Positions 39,823 to 52,176 of a stretch of DNA of 64,000 bases are shown piece by piece. Position 1 is the first letter of the stretch. The number at the start of each line of letters is the position of its first letter. Source of the DNA: Eledone cirrhosa (Eukaryota). The notes under the pieces were generated by a model that was given only the letters and a program-made list of their open reading frames with translations, had not been told where the DNA came from and ran no database searches. Made by a program: the position numbers and the translations under genes. Where the stretch lies: positions 24,924,001 to 24,988,000 of the forward strand of contig OZ024754.1 in the NCBI GenBank assembly GCA_964016885.1. The letters run 5' to 3'.

Positions 39823-40219
39823 TTTATATAATTTACTTTTGGAGAGAAAAAAAACATCTCCCATATCCCCCATAACTTTATATTACGTTCATTATCTTTC
39901 TAACATGTAATAGCGAATATATGGGTCTCCTCCATTCCATAACCACTGAGAACAGTGAAACGTTATACTAATCGTGTAGTCAAATTGGAATGTAAAATGC
40001 TCTGTTTAGTTGATACGCTAATATAATCTATTTTGGTTTATTGTCTAAGGGAGAGAACTATACTTCATCTAATGGGGTTATTCATAAAATGATATTTCAT
40101 GTAATTTGGTAAGTTGTCAGGTAACGAGTTCCCAACACGGTTTAGTTTCCTAATTGGAATCGTTCCACTTAGTCTTTAACGACTTTGGAACCCCCTCCCC
40201 CAGACACACACATGCACAC

Positions 40220-40276
<57 letters not shown>

Positions 40277-40279
<3 letters not shown>

Positions 40280-40468
40280 GATGGATTCAGTTTTAAACTA
40301 GTTACACTCAACGGAGTACTCGATACTTGCGGTAGTAGAGAATGGTTATATTATAAAGAGTCGGGGCCCGATGGCTGAGCTCTTGCCATTTCAACAGCCA
40401 GTTCTTGCCTGGAACAAGCTGTTGAAATGGCAAGAGTTCACCCATCGGGTCCCGACTCTTTATAATAT
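40277..40468 (-). mobile_element. (TA)n-flanked foldback mini-element
   Basis: Palindrome 40347-40468; CUC-UACU..AGUA-UC-GAGUACUC at 40314-40340 on minus; tail into (TA)n. Confidence 0.75.
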
Positions 40469-40876
40469 ATATGTGTGTGTATATATATATATATGAATAA
40501 AGTTAGTCCTTCATCAGTGATCTTCCAACCATCATTGGTATTTCATCACTTTAAAGACCATATACCTCCGGTTGGTGCGAGCAACGGCTAAAGAAAGTCG
40601 TTGGGACACGTAAATAAGGGGAACAAGCGAGAATGTCAACAAACAAAGATGGTAAAGCAACGAAAAGTGAGATATATATATACATATACAATAATTATAA
40701 TGAGACAAACAATTAGATATCGTCAAGTTTCGCAGCTTTACAGATTTTACAGAAATCGTATGCTCAATGATTTTACAAAAATCATATGTTGCAAATACGA
40801 ACCTGTATCAGAGCGGACGCAATACGTTACATAGTGGATAAACGGATTTGCGTATTATTTCTATTACACACACACA

Positions 40877-40924
<48 letters not shown>

Positions 40925-41255
40925 TATAGTATTTAGGTGAAATAATAGAATTAAGAAACGGAATAGAAACAATACTTATAAAAATGCAATGAAGACATTT
41001 AATTTGAGAGATAACTGAGCTGCTGGCACAAAAACAAGTTTAGATAATTAAAAAGCTGACGATAAGTATAGATGGAGCCACAAATATAGGTAAACTGTCT
41101 GCTGGTTTAGTTAAGGAAGAAAATATGTTAAGTAAAGAGACGAGGCAGGGAACTATGGTTGGGATGGGTTGGGTTGGTAGGCGGTGAACAAATGGTCAGA
41201 TCATCAGATGGCCAGGTAGACAGATGGTTAGATAGATAGATAGATTGACAGACAA

Positions 41256-41292
<37 letters not shown>

Positions 41293-41608
41293 CAGGCAGA
41301 TAGATAGATCTGTGGGTGGAAATGACTAAGAGAATGGAATGAAAAGATCACAGCAAATTATTGGAAGCGAGATAGAGGTGTACAAGTTGGCAGTAGACAG
41401 AATGATTGGTAAGACAAACAGTCCAAGAGGCAATCGGCCATACAAACAGGCTGTTCGTGAGAATTCTGAAATTATATAATTGGTTATATAGATTGTGTTG
41501 TTTGTCTAAGGAGGAAGGAGAAAATATCCAAAATATTTTAGGCGTTTACTAAATTAAAACTACAGAATTAGGATAATCAACTTAATGGAAATATTGTTAA
41601 TGTTTGAC

Positions 41609-41743
41609 GGTGGATTGGCAGTATCGGTAGAGGGTTGGACGCCATGCTTTGCAGCATAGAGTTATGGCTCTTTATGGTCTGAGTTCAAATCCCACTGAAG
41701 TTAGCTTTGCCTTTCATCCTTACGGGGACGATAAAATAAAGTA
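41609..41743 (+). mobile_element. SINE family A
   Basis: A/B boxes and body as 26783. Confidence 0.88.
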
Positions 41744-42299
41744 CACACACACATATATATATATACACACACACACATATATATATACACACACACATAC
41801 ATATGTATACACATATATATACACACACATACATATACATATATATGTACACACATATATATACATACACACACACACACACATATATATACACACACAC
41901 ATATACACGCACACACATATACACACACACACATATACATATATATATATAATATTAAATAGATCGAAGGCCATATGCAGTTGTATTTAGGTTTATTTTT
42001 AACGCCATGATACATATTTCGCTGAGGTCTACAGCTAGATAGTTTTCATCCTACCAATTCCAATAGACTGAGCTCTTCAGATGGTATAAGAAAACCTTTA
42101 AAACAATTTAACACAACTTGAAAAACACTCCAAAAGAATTCAAAATATAATGCTCCAGCTTGTACCATTCATGCATGTCGTTGAGCACTTCATTTTATCG
42201 GCATCACAGTCAATCAACTAAAATGTGGTTTTCACATCCCGGGTTGGTTAGCGCCATATTATAATTATATATATATATAGAGAGAGAGAGCAATAAAGT

Positions 42300-42790
42300 G
42301 TGAACCAAGTGAAAAATATTTAGGGAACTACTATTTTTGTTGGCTACAAGGAGCTTCTTTCTCAGGACAAAACAGGGGTTGGATGACACCTGTGTGAGAA
42401 CTGCATGGAAGTGAGACCTGAGTACTAAATGCAGAAGATCAGCGAAGATTGGAATGAAATGAGGCAAGCATGCTCTGATGGATGTGTAATGTCAGTGGAC
42501 ATGAACAACACAGCTTCAACAAACTAAGAAAAAAAACTGAACATAAGAGGGATTAGATGCAGTGTAGAAGAGAGAAGACTGCACTGCTCTGGATAGGTGA
42601 TGCGTATGAAGATTGATAGCAACATAAAATGTGGTTCTCAATGTTGATGAAAACTGGAAGAGGTAGACCCAGAAAAATTTGGAATGATGTAATAAAGGTT
42701 AACCTCACAAAACTGAACATCACAATGAAGATGACTCAGGATCAGGTCATCTAGAGACTACAGCTGACTTGCCTTCACACACAAGCAGAG
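42300..42790 (+). mobile_element. Degenerate RTE-clade LINE 3' fragment
   Basis: Broken translation IRCSVEERRLH..VMRM..GRGRPRKIWNDVIK..L..LNI..MTQD typical of RTE ORF ends. Confidence 0.75.
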
Positions 42791-43072
42791 TGAAATAAGC
42801 AAAGCGAGAGGGACCACAATGAAAAGTACACAATCCACACTGTAAGGTGGTACCACTACAAATGCACCATGTCTAACCCATGCCAGCGTGGGAAAATGGA
42901 TGTTAAATGGAGATCATATATATAATTACATATACAAAGAATAAGACACAAAACATAACAAGTGACGAATTTCAAAATACTTTTATTTTATTTTAATAAA
43001 TACAAACTTACTATTTATCAAGTTCAGAAATGTAGAAAATGTAGTTTGTGTAGCGGATTATATTTCTCTGTG

Positions 43073-43400
43073 TGAAGTGTAAAAGATGTGAAACACACAC
43101 CAGGTGGTATAACACTAGAAGTGGAGTGTAAAAGATGTGAAACACACACCAGGTGGTATAACACTAGAAGTGAAGTGTAAAAGATGTGAAACACACACCA
43201 GGTGGTATAACACTAGAAGTGGAGTGTAAAAGATGTGAAACACACACCAGGTGGTATAACACTAGAAGTGAAGTGTAAAAGATGTGAAACACACACCAGG
43301 TGGTATAACACTAGAAGTGGAGTGTAAAAGATGTGAAACACACCAGATGGTATAAAGGTAGATTGTAAGAGATGTGAAACACACAGAGGTTGTTATAAAC
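43073..43400. repeat. 49-bp minisatellite, ~5.5 copies with alternating G/A variant
   Basis: GTGTAAAAGATGTGAAACACACACCAGGTGGTATAACACTAGAAGTG(G/A)A. Confidence 0.95.
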
Positions 43401-44294
43401 TAACATTGAATCATGGTTTGCTTTGATCCTACTTTCTACTCAACCATACACCTACCCGTCTTTCTTTTCTTTTAACAATCAACAAGATCCCAGACCTCAT
43501 TCATCTACTAAGTGGAGGTGGAACTTATCAAATGGGACCAAGGAAACAATGTTTCCATTGGTCTTTCCATTGCTGACACTATCTACTGGTTGCAACTCCT
43601 GGTAGAAAGAGCAACATGAAATAAAGTTATCTTGCTCAAGGACATAACACATCGCCCTGTCCAGAAATGAAACTCACAACCTCACAATTGTGAATCCAAT
43701 TTTCTAACTACTAAGCCACATGCCTTCACCTGCCCTTAATTTCAAAATTTTACTTCATATTCATAGAAATGTGCATACATACACAAACAAATATATATAC
43801 ACACCTGCATATATACGCAAACAGATGTACACTCATACACATGTGCATACAAAACAAATAGATGTATACACATATGTGTGTGTGTGGGGGGGTGGGGGGT
43901 ATATATAAAAATAAATATCATAAAGTCTCATTGAAGTCTTATAAAAACGGGGGGAAATCATCAGATTCTGATACAGTTCTATTTTGCCCCATAACCCCCT
44001 GAAAGTAGGCATATGGTCATACATCAAAACTTGCGATGATGGTTCTACATTTACAGAAGAAACCAATACTAATAGCTTCACATTTTTTTGGACAAAGGCT
44101 TCGCATTTTTCTAGATGGTAGTTCACATTTTTTGAGATAATATTTCATTAATATTTTTATTTACATGTCAACATCTATATCAAGTTCTTAGTTGATTGAT
44201 CAACTTTCTTGTAGCTAATCTCTTGTTTGTGTAGCTAAACATTAGAAATACTTATCTTGGTCACAAATGATAGGTTTCAAGCCCCTATCATTAA

Positions 44295-44511
44295 CCTTTT
44301 AGCATTTACACCAGTTGTACGCTGCCAGAATTCTCTCACCTCTTTCTATTCAAACCGGCCATTACTGGGCACTCATACGGATGTTAAGTATTGTTCTCAA
44401 AATAAATATTGAAATCTCATAGATTCGATATTATGTGAGATAAATATGTGAAGTAAAGCCTTTACTGTGAAAATATAATAGTAAATATAGAGTAATGTAA
44501 ATGCTAAAGGG
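44295..44511. mobile_element. piggyBac-like MITE
   Basis: TTAA-CCTTTTAGCATTTAC...GTAAATGCTAAAGGG-TTAA. Confidence 0.85.
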
Positions 44512-45140
44512 TTAAAACACTTAAGAAACCTTTACAACCTGGATATGTTTGAGCTATGAATTTCATTTCATTTGATCACAGAGCCAAGTTATGTTGATGG
44601 GTTAACTATTATGCAAATAGATATACTGGAATACATCTAATCTTTTAATGATGGAAGGATCATCATCATCATCATCACCATCATCATTTGTTTTAATGTC
44701 CACTTTCCCTGCCAGCAAGGGTTGTACAGGTCTACATAGACCAAGTCAGTACTGAAGTGGTGGCTACTGATCTCCCAGACAAGCCAGGGATGAAAATAAT
44801 ATTCATATTCATCAAAATAATCTCCAGTTTATATCTAGATATCTTTTATTCTTTGGCTAAAAATTATTCTAAATATTTTTTTTTTAATTAAGCTTCAACA
44901 ATTTATTATATAAAATAAAATGTATTATAAAGATTAGCTCAGTAAGTTACTAAAGTTACATTTATATACATACATTCATATATATATATATATATATTAT
45001 TATAATTATTAATATTATTCAAGTGAAGAAAGTTGGTTCCTCAAATAATCCACTGACTTTAGCCGTAAACACACTACAACAGGATTATATAATAAACAGA
45101 GGATGTACATTTAAAACTGACTCTCTTCTTTATAATATAT

Positions 45141-45173
<33 letters not shown>

Positions 45174-45236
45174 AAATAAAATTAGCATTTTATTTCTCAT
45201 TCTAGCATAGCTGATATACGTACACACATCTATATC

Positions 45237-45417
45237 AAATTTAATATAGAAATGGCTTCTACAGGACTAGAACTATTTCATTTGAAAGAAATCATCAGGA
45301 AAGCCCTGATGATTTCTTTCGAATGAAACATTTCTAGTCCTGTAGAACCCATTTCTAAATTAAATTTTGTATATACTCTACTATGTATTGAGTACTTCAC
45401 TTACTGATTGAACCTGG

Positions 45418-45421
<4 letters not shown>
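45237..45421 (+). mobile_element. Foldback mini-element with back-to-back hammerheads (family of 26057)
   Basis: Palindrome 45237-45367; CUGAUGA-UUUCuuucGAAU-GAAA-CA..UG-UA at 45306-45344; ACUC-UAC-uau-GUA-UU-GAGUACUU 45375-45397; tail into (TA)n. Confidence 0.8.
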
Positions 45422-45470
<49 letters not shown>

Positions 45471-46349
45471 TCAAGAGGGAAAAGGCCTTGAGTTTATTAC
45501 ACCAATAATTGTGTGTATATGGATGTGTGTGTGTATGGATGGATGTGTGTGTGTGTGTGGATATATATGTGTGTATATGGATTTATATGTGTGTATATGG
45601 ATATGTGTGTGTGTATATGGATATGTGTGTGTGTGTATATGGATATGTGTGTGTGTATATGGATGTGTGTGTGTATATGGATGTGAGTGTGCATGTATGG
45701 AGAGAGAGAGAAAGATTGATAGAGAGAAGGGAGAGGGGGTTACATACAAGCATTGTTTGTTGAATTTTAACAGACCTTTTTAAAGTCAAAATTCAAATTT
45801 AAAAAAATGAAATCCTTAGCTTAAATGAAGTGGAATTATTCGACACAGGTATATACACATTATTACCAGGTATACACACACTATTACCATGTCAAACTAA
45901 ACCACACAGGTATCCCATGCAGGTATACACACATTACCATGTCATTGAAGGAATACAGGTAAAATGATGCAATGTTCATCAAACAGAAATGTCTCCAAAT
46001 ATAAAAAAAGATAAATATATTTGTTTTGGTGTTATTTGGTTTTCCAATGGTTGGAATCATCATTTCCATCATCCATATTATTCCATATTATTCCAAAATG
46101 TTTAGTACTTTGAATATTTGGTAAAAAGCTGTAGATAAATGGATCTGTTCAACTAGTTGCAGTCAATACTACTATGATGTTGTGAAGGCTGGATCCTGTA
46201 AAATATAAACCACTTTGAAATACCTATCAAAACAGACCTCACCCTTTGTCTCTATATGCTTATGCTTGTCCCATATATATATCATCATCATCACCGTTTT
46301 ATGTCCATTCTTCCATGCTGGCATGGGTTAGACGGTAAAATATTACATG

Positions 46350-46411
46350 AGGTTCTACCGAGACTTGAACCGCTGGCTTCAGAGTCCAGGGTGCTAACCA
46401 TTATACCATAG
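46350..46411 (-). pseudogene. tRNA-Gln(CTG) pseudogene
   Basis: ATGGTATAATGGTTAGCACCCTGGACTCTGAAGCCAGCG--GTTCAAGTCTCGGTAGAACCT resembles metazoan tRNA-Gln; 5' acceptor strand and part of the variable/T arm are lost. Confidence 0.8.
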
Positions 46412-46479
46412 TATATATATATAAATAAGTATCGGTTGAACCTGCTTAGGGTGAAAGCAGAAATCGAATAACCTATACA

Positions 46480-46830
46480 CAGTAGTCCCCCCCAGTATTC
46501 ATGGAGGTTACATTCCTAGAGCACCGGTGAAGAGTGAAAAACTGCAAATATTGGAAGTGATCCATAAAAATGCCTATAAACGTCAAAATATAATAAAAAG
46601 AGGGAGTGTCTTATGCGAAGGGGCGTCCAATAGGCCAGCAAATGCGGTAGATTGTTATTAATAATTTAGCATTAAAAAATATATATTGCCATGAAAAAAA
46701 ATTCATTTTAAAAATCGCGAAAGATATTTAAGATTCTGTGAATATGCGGTGGTTTCCACGAACAAATATTAGTTAGGTTCTAAGGAAAATTCCGTGAATA
46801 ACTGGGACTGCAAATATCGGGGATATATTG
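46480..46830. mobile_element. Tc1/mariner (pogo/Tigger-like) MITE, decayed
   Basis: CAGTAGTCCCCCCCAGTATTC start and GCAAATATCGGGGATATATTG-TA end. Confidence 0.6.
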
Positions 46831-47865
46831 TATATATAAAATGGTTGGTGATAGGAAGGGCATCCTGCCATAGAAAATCTGTTAAACAAAAAACTAGGAG
46901 GACTTTTCAGTCAAGAGGCTATAGTAGAAGAAATTTGCCTAAGGTGTCAAGCAGTGGGACTGAACACAGAAGCACATGGTTGTGAAATGAATCCCTTAAA
47001 TACACAGTTATACCTGCACAAATTAAACATAAATCTTGTTTTCTTTAACTCCTTTGATACCAAACCATCTAACACCAAACAGCCTCTGGTTTTATGATAC
47101 AGAACTCTGTGTTTTAAAGTGTTTATATTTAACTAAAACCTTCCACCATAATTTTAAGTAAGAACCTTTGGTAAGTTAGGTTCCAAACACCAGCTTTATA
47201 ATGAGAAAGTTTGTTATATCACTAAATTCCTCCAAATGTTTTTATTTTTTTAATGATCTGAAAACCATGCAACGTCTTTCGTTAGAAATATAATAGAAGT
47301 GTCAAATTGCTAGATGTTTTTACAAATGTAATGCCAGAATGGCCATGTAGAGAAAGTATAAGTATAATTCACAGCTTCTCCAGAAATAGTTTTAACACTT
47401 AATATCCTGTACCACATTAAACCACATTAACAAACTCTTTACTCTAGCACTACAAATGTTCACAATCTGTCCACTTGTAAAGATACTATAAACATTGAAA
47501 TTAAACACATTTTTAGATATCTTCTGCTAAATCATTACAGGATGTTAAGACTTAAACCACAGAGCAATATATTTAAAATTTTGAAAATATAGTTGTTACA
47601 ATGCAAATAATTATAATAATAGTTGAATAAATAAAGTATTCTGGTGATGTGAAGTGGACAGCAGTGCCTAGGGAATTGAACCACACATCTCACTTTTGCA
47701 GAGTGAATGCATTTAACCATTATCATAAAGGCCAGTAATTACTGTATTATTAGAAGATTTAAGCATCTTAATGAAGTAATTAATAATCTTAGTAAATCTA
47801 AGTTAATTAATTAATTAATTGAAATACAGTACATTTCTTTAACAATACAATCATGAAGGGTTTAA

Positions 47866-48066
47866 CTCTTTAGCATTTAAACTGGCTCTATTTGGCCAGA
47901 ACTCTCTCACCTCTTTCTGTTCAAACTGGCTGTAACTGGCCACTCATATCTACATTAAGGTATTGTTCTCAAAATAAATTACATCAAAATCTCGTAGATT
48001 CAATATTATGTGGGATAATTATGTAAGATAAAGCCTTTACTGTGAAATACAGTAAATGCTAAAGGG
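47866..48066. mobile_element. piggyBac-like MITE, second copy
   Basis: TTAA flanks, same TIR and interior as 44295. Confidence 0.85.
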
Positions 48067-48114
48067 TTAAATACAAAGAATGATAGTAAATCATACCTGA
48101 GTTTTACTTCCTGT

Positions 48115-48162
48115 TCATGTTAGTGGTGGGTTTTCCTTCAGTTTACGACTCAAACGGTCTTT
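48115..48162 (-). CDS. Probable last coding exon of an unidentified host gene (KDRLSRKLKENPPLT*); exon extends to donor at 48097
   Basis: Acceptor ctttcttttattacag, donor CAG|gtatga, in frame with the exon at 48804. Confidence 0.55.
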   Translation of the reverse strand, partial: KDRLSRKLKENPPLT

Positions 48163-48387
48163 CTGTAATAAAAGAAAGAGAATATTTGGCAGTTAATGAG
48201 AGACAAAGAGAGAGAGCTTGTGACATTAGCATGACATTCAAATCTGTTAAGATTGATATGGTTGCTGTTTAGTTTGATCATCTGTGACTGGACATCACTA
48301 AACAAGAAGTATATTCCTGCTAGTCAACATTCTTCAGCAGGACTTGGGTGAAGTCACAGGATGGATAACAAGAAGCTAATCTTTCAC

Positions 48388-48612
48388 AAACCCAACTGTA
48401 TAAGGGTTCTAATCTTAGCTAATCTCTCCAAACACAACTGTATAAGGGTTCTAATCTTAGCTAATCTCTCCAAACCCAACTGTATAAGGGTTCTAATCTT
48501 AGCTAATCTCTCCAAACACAACTGTATAAGGGTTCTAATCTTAGCTAATCTCTCCAAACACAACTGTATAAGGGTTCTAATCTTAGCTAATCTCTCCAAA
48601 CACAACTGTATC
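48388..48612. repeat. 42-bp minisatellite, ~5.3 copies
   Basis: CAACTGTATAAGGGTTCTAATCTTAGCTAATCTCTCCAAAC(A/C). Confidence 0.96.
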
Positions 48613-48803
48613 AAAGGAATATCACATAACCCAAAGTTGGTTAATTTGGCAGAGTTGTTAGAGTATTGTATATTGGTTCTGGGTCTCTAGATTCTGAGTT
48701 CAAATCCATCCAAGATCCACAGTGAGAATAAAAGAAAAAGAAAAAAGGACAGACAACAAAAAACTATGAAATATAAAAACCAAGAAAGAATGTTAAGACT
48801 AAC

Positions 48804-48894
48804 CAATCCTCCTTTTCGAATGGCACGGACCTGCACAGATGCGGGTCTCCTTACTTTTTGGAGTTCTTTCACCTTATTTTGTGCTTCCTTGATT
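48804..48894 (-). CDS. Probable internal coding exon (IKEAQNKVKELQKVRRPASVQVRAIRKGGL)
   Basis: Acceptor tgttttgtttttcag, donor TTG|gttagt, open non-repetitive frame. Confidence 0.55.
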
Positions 48895-48978
48895 CTGAAA
48901 AACAAAACAGACTTTAATCATAGTAATACTTTCATCCAGAGCAAGGTTAACCTTAGGTGTGGGGCCCAATTGTGTGTG

Positions 48979-49021
<43 letters not shown>

Positions 49022-49114
49022 AAGTACAAAGTGAAACCTACTACAGTCAGTAGGCACCTCTAACAAAATACACCCCCGCCCCACTACCCCCACCCCATCC
49101 ACACCACCCTTTTC

Positions 49115-49416
49115 AATGTAAAGTTATGTTGGTACCACAACATCCAGTCCGAAACAAATGAGGTCGTGTAGGTGTCACGACAAAAAAACACACAGTCCAC
49201 GCTGTAATGTGGCCGTGTAGGTAACACGGTAAAAACCTCCCAGTCCACACTATAAACGTGGTTGGTGTTAGGAAGGGCATCCAGCTGTAGAAAACCTGCC
49301 AGACAGTCCTATGCGAGCAAGACAACCACTCTTGCCTCAAGTGGGAAAACTCCCGTCCAAACCCATGCAAGCGTGGAATATGGACGTTAAACGATGATGA
49401 TGATGATGATGATGAT
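49115..49416 (+). mobile_element. SINE/short retroposon family C with (GAT)n tail
   Basis: GGTTGGTGTTAGGAAGGGCATCCAGCTGTAGAAAAC and CCCATGCAAGCGTGGAATATGGACGTTAAACGATGATGATG; fragments at ~42830-42915, 44660-44730, 46284-46335, 46841-46880. Confidence 0.75.
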
Positions 49417-50944
49417 ATATATATATAAAGCGCATGGACTCAAACATACATCTAGTAGGCACCTCTTAACCACTATAACCCCACCCATCCACTTCTATCC
49501 ATAACACCCTTACATTGTAAAGTGGTCATATGGGTGTCATAACAAAAAGCACCCAGCCCACACTATAAAGTGGTCATGTAGGTGTCACAACAAAAACCAC
49601 CCAGCCCACACTGTAAGGTGGTCGTGTAGATGTCATGACAAAAAGCACCTAGCTCACATTTCCTTTTTCTACAACTGGAAACCCCTCCAAAATACCAAAT
49701 ATGTTACAAAGTGTTCTGGGTACAGTAACAATATATAACTATCTACAGATAGAACTACAAAAAGAATGTTGGATTTGTAGTTATAGTTAAAGCTAAGCAG
49801 TTTTATTATCAATAATATTTCACCTATGACTATTCCATATTTTTTCCGGTCTTAGGACATTTCCCAATGTGATTTGTTTTACAGTTTAGTCAGGTAAAAA
49901 AGGAAAGTGTCCATTGTCCTTTACAAGACCTCTGAGACTTGGAATGGAGAGGAAAATCATCCTTAAATCAAGGATCAGACCTGGATGCTTGCAATAGTGG
50001 ACTCTACTAAAGACACCGAGAACCAGGTTGTGGTGTTAAACCAGGAAAAAGATTAAGTCTACTACCCAAGAATTAAGTCTACCACCGAGAGGGAGATTTG
50101 GCTACTATTTTTGATTATTCAGTAAGAGGGAGCAGTGGAAAAAACAGTGGAGGTGAACACTAAAACACCATCTGCAATGTGATTTATTACATAGAAAGGG
50201 TGACTATTTTTTACTAACGTTATCACCAATATGTCTACCATCACCACTACCTCCTCTACAAACACCAACAGCACCACAAACACTGCCTCTATCTATGCGA
50301 TCTACAACAACAACTACACCACCACCACATATCCCCAACAAAACCAACAGTAGTCACCTCCAACACCGTCACTTATATGATGATGATCATCATACCCAGA
50401 AAAAGCACCAATTCTACTAACAGTAAAAACAATACTAACACCACCAAAATCATTAATATCTTCAACAACGACAACAACAACAACACTACAGTGGTTAGAT
50501 ATGGCCATGTGGTGTTCTGGTGAATCTGGCAAATTCTTGTACAAGAAACAGACCAAAACACTTTCAACCCAATCTTGCAATCATCACTGCCTGAACTTAA
50601 CAAATTCGGTCACATAAGAAGGCATATGGTTACTGGGCAGAAATGGGTGGGAGGTTTGGATGGAGGGGTGGGGGTAATAGTAAAAGTGGATAAGACTTTT
50701 GATAGGTGTAGAGGGAAAATAGTTACTTAACTATACTGAAAAGCCACAACATACCATACTGAAAAGCCATAACATAATATAAAATACAATAACAAACTAT
50801 ATTTAACCCTTTTGTGACTGTATTTCTATTGAAATATACTATTTCAATTAATTAATTAGTTTTTCGTTTTTTTTTTTTACTTTGACACTTTATAAAAAAC
50901 TGAACAAGAAAAAAAAACTGAACTTTATAAAAAACTGAACAAGA

Positions 50945-51165
50945 AAATACTTTTATTAATAACAGAAAACTAAAAACGGAAAAAGAAGGGAAAGGCAAGG
51001 GCCCTGGGGTCACAGAAGAATGGGAGGGGGATGTTGATGGGCTCTAGGTCTAGGGCGCAGCGGTGTTGGTGCTGTGTCCCACGGACAAAGCCAGTGACAC
51101 ACGCTGCAACAGCCACCCCACTTCGCAGGGCTCCCTCCTCAGATGAGCTGCTGACATTCCATTCT
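50945..51165 (-). mobile_element. LINE 3' end remnant (same family as 54710-54985)
   Basis: Shared ccagtgacaca.gctgcaacagccacc...ctcc.tcctcaga segment and T-rich tail on minus. Confidence 0.6.
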
Positions 51166-51214
51166 TGTGAAATTAATTAAATGAACATTTTTTTTTAGGG
51201 ATTTACTAAAATTA

Positions 51215-51492
51215 TTAATTATTTCCTTAGCAAGATAGTCACTCCAAATTGAGAGATCACAGCTCTGATACTCTGGGCTTGGGATAAGCATGTCTCAGGA
51301 AAGAGACCCTGGGAGGAGACCAAGGGGTAGACCTCAAGCAAGATGATTGGATAACATCCATGAGCTTCGCTGGTCTCGCTTGGGGATCCAGCAGGATCTG
51401 TTGGAGAGAGTTACTTCTGACAGGACCTGCTGGAAGGAGTGTTTGAAGACTGCCCCCATGACCCTCTCAGGAATAAGTGGGCGAAGAAGATA
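51215..51492 (+). mobile_element. RTE-like LINE 3' end
   Basis: GKRPW..RPQAR.LDNIHELRWSRLGIQQDLLERVTSDRTCWK. Confidence 0.75.
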
Positions 51493-51726
51493 ATCACTGA
51501 ACATATGGTTCTTACATAAAATTATGTCAGATTTAAATAGGAGCCTTTTTAAAAGGAGTGGTTTAGTTTCATAGAACTAAAGCAGCTTTTGGTTGTATTG
51601 CTATCAAAAGGGGTGATGTTATGTTGTACTGTACTATAACACAGGATATTGCAAACCATACTATAACATACTATAATGAGAGCTATAGCCAAATTATGTA
51701 GCTACCACAGCATACTGCTAGTATAA

Positions 51727-51907
51727 CTTCTTTCTATTCAAATCAGCTGTAACCAGCTGGTCATACTGATGTTAAGGTATTGTTCTCAAAATAAATAATA
51801 TCAAAAGCTCATAGATTCAATATTATGTGGGATAATTATGTGAGGTAAATAAAGTGTTAACTATGAAAATACAATAGTAAATATAAAGTAATGTAAATGC
51901 TAAAGGG
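51727..51907. mobile_element. piggyBac-like MITE, left-truncated third copy
   Basis: Same interior, ends GTAAATGCTAAAGGG-TTAA. Confidence 0.8.
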
Positions 51908-52176
51908 TTAAACAGAAAAGGAAAGGACTCCCGTTGGTGGTGACTGGCCATAGGTTTTACATCGATAACTGACTGACTGTAGGTTCACTTCTGTGGCACA
52001 AGCCTGGACAAACTGTTTTGTGGAAGACTAGCATTCATACATGTACACCAGTCTTCCTTCTCCACACAGAGATACAAAGTCTGATCCAGCTTGGCACTAG
52101 TCTCTCATAACTGGTTTGTCCAGATTGTGCTGGAGATGACCCATCTTGACCAAGGAATAACAGACATAAAAGGTAG

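Noticed and set aside
46350-46411. Functional tRNA-Gln
   Set aside because: Acceptor 5' strand missing and internal deletion; kept as pseudogene
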